Source: Eledone cirrhosa
Lineage: Eukaryota
Assembly: GCA_964016885.1 (NCBI GenBank)
Contig: OZ024741.1
Location: 295,864,001 to 295,928,000 of the forward strand
Direction: 5' to 3'
DNA: 64,000 bases
Below, piece by piece: positions 56,588 to 64,000 of the stretch. Each line of letters starts with the position of its first letter. Position 1 is the first letter of the stretch. A program made the position numbers and the translations under genes. The notes beneath the pieces were generated by a model, which was given only the letters and a program-made list of their open reading frames with translations, was not told the DNA's origin and did not search any database.

Positions 56588-56652
56588 TATTTCATTATAC
56601 ATATTTCAGGGATACCAAATTAAAATATGGCATGCCTTCGTCAGATAAAATA
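56588..56652 (-). ncRNA. Minimal type-I hammerhead motif in a TA-anchored element (~56546-56690)
   Basis: Minus strand reads tattttat-CTGACGA-aggcatgccatattttaatttggtatccct-GAAA-T-atgt-A-T-A-atgaaata. Same family as 10625-10770. Confidence 0.7.
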
Positions 56653-57106
56653 CAATATATAAACAGTTTTATAAATAATTTTGACGTACCCTATTAGAAG
56701 CGACCATTATTTTTGGAGGCTGTCTGGATATATATATATATAGTTATGTAATAACAAGATAATTATTTCATTTACCAGTGGTTTCTTAACATATGTTAAG
56801 TTACTATCTTAGAAATGAAATAATTGATAATTTTCGTAAATAACCCAACATTATTTATTAATTAATCGAAATAGTGTATATTTCTAATGGAATATAGTCA
56901 TGAAAGGTTAAATGCATCGACAGAGGGCTCAAACACGTACGCCAAATATCTTGAGTTCAGTAAGTCATTTGACAGAATCGACTACAGCATTCTCTTAAGA
57001 AAAGCAATAATATTCAACATAAGAATCCATGTAAAACTAGTGTACTGGATTAAATATATCATGATAAGCAGCACCAACCATGTTATGTTCGACGGAATCT
57101 ATTGAT

Positions 57107-58354
57107 GCTCAGCTAAAGCCATTGGTGGTACCCCACAAACTCAGCTAAAGCCATTAGTGGTACCCCACAAACTCAGCTAAAGCCATTAGTGGTACCCCAC
57201 AAACTCAGCTAAAGCCATTAGTGGTACCCCACAAGATCAGCTAAAGCCATTAGTGGTACCCCACAAAATCAGTTAAAGCTATCAGTGGTACCCCACAAGC
57301 TCTGCTAAAGCCATTGGTGGTACCCCACAAACTCAACTAAAGCCATTAGTGGTACCCCACAAGATCAGCTAAAGCCATTAGTGGTACCTCACAAAATCAG
57401 TTAAAGCTATCAGTGGTACCCCACAAGCTCTGCTAAAGCCATTGGTGGTACCCCACAAACTCAGCTAAAGCCACTTGTGGTACCCCACAAACTCAGCTAA
57501 AGCCACTTGTGGTACCCCACAAACTCAGCTGAAGCCATTAGCGATACCCCACAAGCTCAGCTAAAGCCATCAGTGGTTCCCCACAAGCTCTGCTAAAGCC
57601 ATTGGTGGTACCCCACAAGCTCAGCTAAAGCTATCAGTGGTACCCCACAAAATCAGTTAAAGCTATCAGTGGTACCCCACAAACTCAGCTAAAGCCATCA
57701 GTGGTTCCCCACAAGCTCTGCTAAAGCCATTAGTGGTACCCCACAAGCTCAACTAAAGCCATCAGTGGTACCCCACAAGCTCAGCTAAAGCCATCAGTGG
57801 TTCCCCACAAGCTCTGCTAAAGCGATTAGTAGTACCCCATAAGCTCAGCTAAAGCCATTTGTGGTACCCCACAAGCTCAGCTAAAGCCATTTGTGGTACC
57901 CCACAAGCTCAGCTAAAGCCATTAGTGGTACCCCACAAGCTCAGCTAAAGCCATTTGTGGTACCCCACAAGCTCAGCTAAAGCCATTAGTGGTACCCCAC
58001 AAACTCAGCTAAAGCCATTAGTGGTACCCCACAAGCTCAGCTAAAGCCATTTGTGGTACCCCACAAGCTCTGCTAAAGCGATTAGTAGTACCCCATAAGC
58101 TCAGCTAAAGCCATTTGTGGTACCCCACAAACTCAGCTAAAGCCATTAGTGGTACCCCACAAGCTCAGCTAAAGCCATCAGTGGTACCCCACAAACTCAG
58201 CTGAAGCCATTAGCGGTACCCCACAAACTCAGCTGAAGCCATTAGCGGTACCCCACAAGCTCAGCTAAAGCCATTAGTGGTACCCCACAAGCTCTGCTAA
58301 AGCGATTAGTAGTACGCCATAAGCTCAGCTAAAGCCATTTGTGGTATCCCACAA
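57107..58354 (+). repeat. 32-bp minisatellite, ~39 units
   Basis: Unit ctcagctaaagccattagtggtaccccacaa(a/g); period 32 (57141, 57173). Confidence 0.97.
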
Positions 58355-58416
58355 CGTGTTGTGTTGGAACCATTTGTATAAACGACTACAAATGTCATCA
58401 AATACGGTAAAATAAT

Positions 58417-58569
58417 GGTTTCTGATTTAGACACAAGGCCAACAATTCTTTTTTTTTGGGGGGGGGGGGGTCGATTAAATCGACACCAGTGAGTTACTGG
58501 TACTTTATTTTTTCGACCCCGTAAGGATGAAAGGTAAAGCTAATCTTGGCGGGATCTGGACTCACCTCC
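58417..58569 (-). mobile_element. 5'-truncated SINE (family A) with a 13-bp TSD
   Basis: acggtaaaataat occurs at 58404-58416 and 58570-58582. The body matches the reverse complement of 14042-14157. Confidence 0.85.
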
Positions 58570-58887
58570 ACGGTAAAATAATAACAAAATTTCGCAGACA
58601 ACTCTAAACTTCCGAAAGCGACCAACAGATTATGTGATCAGACAAAACTCCATCATCGTATATATGTAATTCAAATGAACGAAACAACAACAAAGGGAGG
58701 GAAATGTTTGTCTTCGTCCACAAAGTAGGTTTGTTAAAACAGCTATCTTCTCTTCTCGTAGCCTATAACAATATCAGAATCTTAGGAATAATTGTTAACA
58801 ACAACCTCAAATAGGGGTGGATTTGGCTCGCAGGATAAGCTTTTGGGTTTTCAGAAATTTATGTATTCTGTATTCGTGCCAATATTT

Positions 58888-59272
58888 ACCTATGGGTATC
58901 TTGGGTAATGACCTATGAATCTTGGGTAATGACCGAAAGAATACGATCACGAATACAAACGGCTGAGTGTGTAACTCGGAGATCAGAGAATCACTCCATG
59001 TAGGGTCGCTACTTCTCCGAATTGGGTGATCACAGCTCCAATACTGTGGACATGTGGTTAGAATGTCTAAGGAAAGAACCGCTGGATAGATTTTACGGGC
59101 AAAACCAGCTGGCAGGAGACCCAGAGGTAGACCCCGAGCAAGATAGTTGAATAACATCCATGAACTCGGCTGGTCTGGCTTGGAGATTCAGACGGATCAA
59201 TTAGAGACGGTTACTTCTGGTAGAACTCGCTGGAAAGAGTGTTTGAGGACTCCTCCCCCACTGCCTCCCAGG
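58888..59272 (+). pseudogene. RTE-clade LINE 3' fragment, copy 1
   Basis: Collinear with 61897-62325 but with an internal deletion. tcttgggtaatgacc is duplicated at its 5' junction. Confidence 0.8.
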
Positions 59273-59804
59273 AATATGTGGGCAAAGTAATTACCGGTTC
59301 CAAAATCGAGATATCATCATCATCCACTTCTCTATCTTTGCATTGATTCACCTGTAATATCATCATTCCAGATAATATAATTGGAGGACAGTTGTGTTTT
59401 CCATCCTGTCGGCCGCCGGGACCACGAGGTGAACTGACCCTTTCATAAAGTTCCATTTATGGTGGTGGCATGTGGATTAGATTTACTTCGATAAGCATGA
59501 TTAGTAAAAAAAAAATGGAAAGATTTAAACACACAAATAAATAAATATATCACATTTAAGCATTAAAAAAAAATTTACGTTGTAATGCTATATTATAAAA
59601 AAGAGATAAGAAACTACAGGACTATCTTTGGTTGTGTGATTCGCTTGAAGTTCAAGCTCTAACCTTGCTACACACTGCGATAGGTTGACTTTACCTGAGG
59701 ACTACGTTAAGAATATCGGGTCAGCCTCGTATGCGTTAATACAATCACACACACACATTCACACACACACGCATTGTGTTGTTAGCAAAATACTTTATTT
59801 CACA

Positions 59805-60090
59805 GGTGCGTGGCCTAGTTGTAAGGGCGTTGAACTTACGACCATAATATCGGAGCTTCGATTCATCAACTGGGTTGTGTGTTGTGTTCTTGAGCAAAAC
59901 ACTTCATTTCACGTTGCTCCAGTATACTCAGCTGAAAATGAGTACCAGCAACTGCTGGGAGTTTAACCCTGCGTTGGATTTGCATCCTGTCCAGGGGTAG
60001 AGGAGTCTTGCACTATCAGTCGCTTCACATCAAGGAAACCGGGATAAGCATCGGCCTGATGAGTCTCCAGGCTCGGGACAGACTTTAGAC
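59805..60090 (+). mobile_element. tRNA-derived SINE (family B)
   Basis: A-box tggcctagttgtaagg, degenerate B-box gcttcgattc, body ttgagcaaaacactt..actcagctgaaaatgagtaccagc, tail gaaaccgggataagc. Confidence 0.85.
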
Positions 60091-60213
60091 GGTTTAGATT
60101 GTAGCAGCAATGAAAAGACAAATGAACACATTGTTTCTTTTGTCCGATCTGACAATGGACGACTTACCTTTTCTACCTTTCTAAATCGAGTAGGTTTGAC
60201 AAATAATATTTTA

Positions 60214-60256
<43 letters not shown>

Positions 60257-60578
60257 CATCCTTACGGGGTCGATAAAATAAAGCACCAGTAATGTACTGG
60301 GGTCGATTTAATTGACTTCCCCCTCCCCCAAATTACTGGCCTTGTGCCTATATAAGAAATCATTATTATACTACACTCCAGTCGAGGTTAACTTTCATCC
60401 TTACCGGGTCGATAAAATAAAGTACCAGTAATGCACTGGGTAATTGCTGGCCTTGTGCCGAAAGAAGAAACAATTATTATATTACACTCCTTATGGGGGT
60501 CTATAAAATAAAGTACCAGTAATACACTGGGTAATTGCTGGCTTTGTGCCAAAAGTAGAAACAATTATTATATTACAC
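60257..60578 (+). mobile_element. Three tandem 3' halves of SINE family A
   Basis: ccttac-ggggtcgataaaataaagtaccagtaat..ggccttgtgcc..agaaacaattattat..tacactc repeated three times. Confidence 0.8.
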
Positions 60579-60845
60579 TCTTTTTAGCTCTACACCTCGC
60601 CACAGACGTGAACCTAAACATCCAGTGCTCACCTGGGTGAACCTACAGTAGCTTCACGTTACACTCCCTGGATATATATATATATGGTGGGGGGGGGGGG
60701 GTCTGTGTCTGTGTACATACGTGTGTACATATATGTGTGCGCATACGTACACACATATATGTATAGAACTGTTATATTGAAATCGAGTAGATGAAAAAGC
60801 GTGTAAGGAGAAAATTTTGTTTTTGAATGTATTACCTTCTCCTCC

Positions 60846-60941
<96 letters not shown>

Positions 60942-60987
60942 CGTTATTGGCAACATGACCCTCCCAAAGTATAACAATATATATATA

Positions 60988-61047
<60 letters not shown>

Positions 61048-61092
61048 AACATAGATAAATGCATATATACACACATACGCCCATGTAAATAT

Positions 61093-61127
<35 letters not shown>

Positions 61128-61466
61128 TTCTCTCTCTCGCTCTCTCTTTTCTTTTCCAACAACCAGTTCTCTAAATACCCTTATTCTATCTATCTATCTA
61201 TTTATCTATCTAAAACCAGTTCTATAAATAACTCCGCTCTCGTTTTCACCCTTTCCCGTTCTTGTCCCACCTTCACTCAATCTATTTGTCTAAATATCTC
61301 TCTACCCGTCTATCTGTCGATCTATTTGTCTACTGCAAGTTCTATAAATACCCAGGTATTGATTAAAAATCCATCATACAATAGTTTCTGCGAACAAAGA
61401 TAGAAAGATCTGACACTCGTATTATTGTTGTAGCACCATATTCTATATGTATGCACACACACACAC

Positions 61467-61586
<120 letters not shown>

Positions 61587-61896
61587 CTCAACACTACACA
61601 ACACACATGTGTGTATATATATATAAATCTGAACTATCCTCTTACTATATGGATATATACCACAATACTATACTAGTATTGATGCCAAGATCTTAGATAT
61701 ATAGATGGAGTGCATATGAAATATGTTAAATTGATACGATAACCAACAAGATCCTCATGTCAACTTAGACCTTCCATCAAAATACCGCCTTCACTGGTCG
61801 TCTTTTGTAAACCCGTAACTAACTTTCTAAGAAAGGTTCTTATACAATATTTGAACGGGTTTTTTTAGATAAATATAAGTAATTATTAATAGACAG

Positions 61897-62325
61897 TTGT
61901 GTACCCTTACCTATGGTCATGAATCTTGGGTAATGACCGAAAGAATACGATCGAGAATACAAGCGGCTAAAATGGGGTTCCTCCGAAGGATCTTTGAAGA
62001 AACGTTATTCGATGGAGTGAGCAGCTCGGAGATCAGAGAGTCACTCCAGGTAGAGCTGCTACTTCTCCGAATTAAGAGATCACAGCTCCGATACTACGGA
62101 CATGTGGTTAGAATGTCTAAGGAAAGAATCGCTAGACAGATTTTACGAGTAAAACCAACCGGCAGGAAACCCAGGGGTAGACCTCGATGAAGATGATTGG
62201 ATAACATCCATGAACTTGGCTGGTCTCGCTTGGGGATCCATCCGGATCAGTTGAAAACGGTTGCTTCTGAGAGGACACGCTGGAATGAATGTTTGAGGAC
62301 TCTGCCCCTCGACCCTCACAGGAAT
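61897..62325 (+). pseudogene. RTE-clade (Expander/Rex3-like) LINE 3' fragment, copy 2
   Basis: LTYGHESWVMTERIRSRIQAAKMGFLRRI..SSEIRESLQVELLLLRIKRSQLRYYGHVVRM..PTGRKPRGRPR* then DNIHELGWSRLGI, a typical RTE C-terminus with stops. Confidence 0.88.
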
Positions 62326-63204
62326 GGTTGGGCGAAGAAGTTTTGTATCGAAGGACGATTTCAGGGGATTTTGAGTCAAAAAAGTAAATAGAAGCAACAG
62401 ACTTGGAAAGAATCCTGAAATCTGACCACCGTTTCGAGATAAATTTCAGCTGTAAATACTAAATACTAAATCCTTGCATCAATTGTTCTAAAGTGAGATG
62501 TCGAAAGTATTCAGAGATAGCAGTAAACAGTTCAAGTTGTATTGAGTTCCCGAAGATATCCCACGTAACATAACAACTGCTCGATATAAATAACTTAACG
62601 AAAATCTAGAAGAGAGACATTTTATTTTTCAGCATCAGAAAATACTTCAACCACACCCCCCAACAATTATTGATCCTCAATAAAGCCCATATGAGATCGA
62701 CTTATACAGTGGCGGACTGGGTCTAGAAATATTGGTTGCCAGGAGATGAAGGGGGCCCACCTACATATAGAATGTTATCATTTAATTTTTATAATGAATA
62801 AATAACATTTTTATAAAATACATAAGTGGAAACAAAACAGTGCAATCAAATTTTTGCGGAAAAATATCTTACCTTCTCCAATAAAAAATATAATGTATTT
62901 TGCGAAATCCAGTGACTTTCAATAATATATGTGTGCGCGCGCGCGCGTGTGTGTATCTATCTATCTATCTATCTATCTCTATATCTATCTATCTATCTAT
63001 CTTGATAGAGTAAGACACGCTTCGCATCGGCTCCGCTATTCCATCGGGATTTACCCTTACTATTGTAAGTACCGGATAAATTTTTTAGTGCAACACATTT
63101 GGAACACTAACCCCTGTTATTTAGGGAAACATTTTTGCATTTACCCCCTTTTTAGGGGGTAAAATAAATATCTATTTTTGCCGAAAAATTTCTTTCTTGG
63201 CAGC

Positions 63205-64000
63205 ATGGCGGAAAAGATGGCAGACATGTCTGCCATTAGCTCTGCCACGCCCCCCAAGTCTGAAGAACAAAAAATAATTACAACAAAATTAGACATTGAA
63301 ACAAACAAACAAAATGAAAAAACAAATGTTAAGGAAAATGAGCAAACAGAAAACAAACAAACAGAAAATAATACAAATAACGACAGGGCAACTTTCGCCC
63401 AGAAAACAAAACAATCCATTACATACACACCAATTGACCTAACTGCCGCCAGAGAAAAACTGGCCGAAGCAAAGAAACACATTGTTTTGGGGGAGAACGG
63501 AATGTTTTCCATTAACTCCCCCCCAGAATTCAAGAAAGCCAGAGCAGAAAACACAGTTCTATACAGAACTATACTGAACCAGACAAGAAAGCCAGCACAG
63601 CCCAGCCAAATGGAAATAGAGTTAGTCCTAAAAGACTATATGAAGAATATTCTCTTCATACGAAAGGACCGACTCTATGGCAGCATTTCGGTCCTAACAA
63701 GAGACAAAGAAACGGCGGAGAAGCTTTCCCTAAGCCCACTCTCGTCGACAACATATAGCTTCTATCCCTCCTACATGGGTAGAAGAACACAGAGAGTAAA
63801 AGTAAAAACAATGCTGCCCACAATGGACTTCTGGTGGGCTATTGCTGGCTTCATTGATATGGGCGAAGACACTATGCTGTCAATGGGGAAGGCAACTGGA
63901 GATGCGTTCCTGGGAATGGGCCTCGACATACTAGTCCAAATGAGGCCCGAAAGAATAGCACAAATCCCGGATCGCATCTGGCTGGATGACCTTACCCCAA
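63205..64000 (+). CDS. Uninterrupted ORF of at least 265 codons, open at the window end; probable ORF1 of a Tx1/L1-like LINE
   Basis: Manual translation: MAEKMADMSAISSATPPKSEEQK..TVLYRTILNQTRKP..EIELVLKDYMKNILFIRKDRLYGSISVLTRDKETAEKLSLSPLSSTTYSFYPSYMGRRTQRVKVKTMLP..IPDRIWLDDLTP, with no stop. A-rich sense strand, no intron, ~200-bp leader beginning right after (TATC)n. The family call is an inference from architecture. Confidence 0.7.
   Translation, partial: MAEKMADMSAISSATPPKSEEQKIITTKLDIETNKQNEKTNVKENEQTENKQTENNTNNDRATFAQKTKQSITYTPIDLTAAREKLAEAKKHIVLGENGMFSINSPPEFKKARAENTVLYRTILNQTRKPAQPSQMEIELVLKDYMKNILFIRKDRLYGSISVLTRDKETAEKLSLSPLSSTTYSFYPSYMGRRTQRVKVKTMLPTMDFWWAIAGFIDMGEDTMLSMGKATGDAFLGMGLDILVQMRPERIAQIPDRIWLDDLTP

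Larger units (their letters stand above)
56887..58660 (+). pseudogene. CR1-group LINE reverse-transcriptase fossil interrupted by a minisatellite and a SINE
   Basis: YLEFSKSFDRIDYSILLRK..LVYWIK..HVMFDG (cf. YLDFSKAFD), then SAKAI[repeat]CGIPQRVVLEP (cf. SGVPQGSVLGP), then after the SINE FADNSKLPK..CDQTKLH (cf. FADDTKL). Confidence 0.8.

Noticed and set aside
57107-58354. Common origin of the 32-bp and 70-bp repeats (both contain ggtacc and attagtg), or a CRISPR-like array
   Set aside because: The shared words are short and in different order. The 32-mer is explained by RT sequence and has no spacers.
60055-60080. ctgatgagtctccaggctcggga as a hammerhead
   Set aside because: No GAAA box. It is the LINE-like stem-loop tail of SINE family B, and the other copy (~21646-21670) lacks CTGATGA.
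63141-63977. Minus-strand ORFs of 137 and 68 aa
   Set aside because: Antisense shadows of the longer plus-strand ORF starting at 63205.

Overview
AT-rich eukaryotic DNA saturated with microsatellites. The SINE, LINE and microsatellite content looks cephalopod (octopus-like), which is an inference. No intact host gene is confidently visible, and nearly all ORFs in the supplied track are translations of simple repeats. The middle of the window (about 23.9-52.6 kb) is a 70-bp satellite array of roughly 400 units. It contains higher-order duplications (36-, ~37- and 8-unit) and a ~1-kb inverted triplication at 47.0-48.0 kb. The flanks hold tRNA-derived SINEs, LINE fossils (R4/Dong-like, CR1-like, RTE-like), MITEs, a non-autonomous Helitron, several minisatellites, possible relic exons, and an uninterrupted Tx1/L1-like ORF1 running off the right end. 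The most notable pattern is a set of short non-coding elements from several sequence families, anchored on (TA)n tracts. They carry minimal type-I hammerhead-ribozyme motifs (CUGAnGA-stem II-GAAA-short stem III-UH) and often occur as head-to-head palindromes. They resemble non-autonomous Penelope-like retroelements. All structures were folded and aligned by eye.
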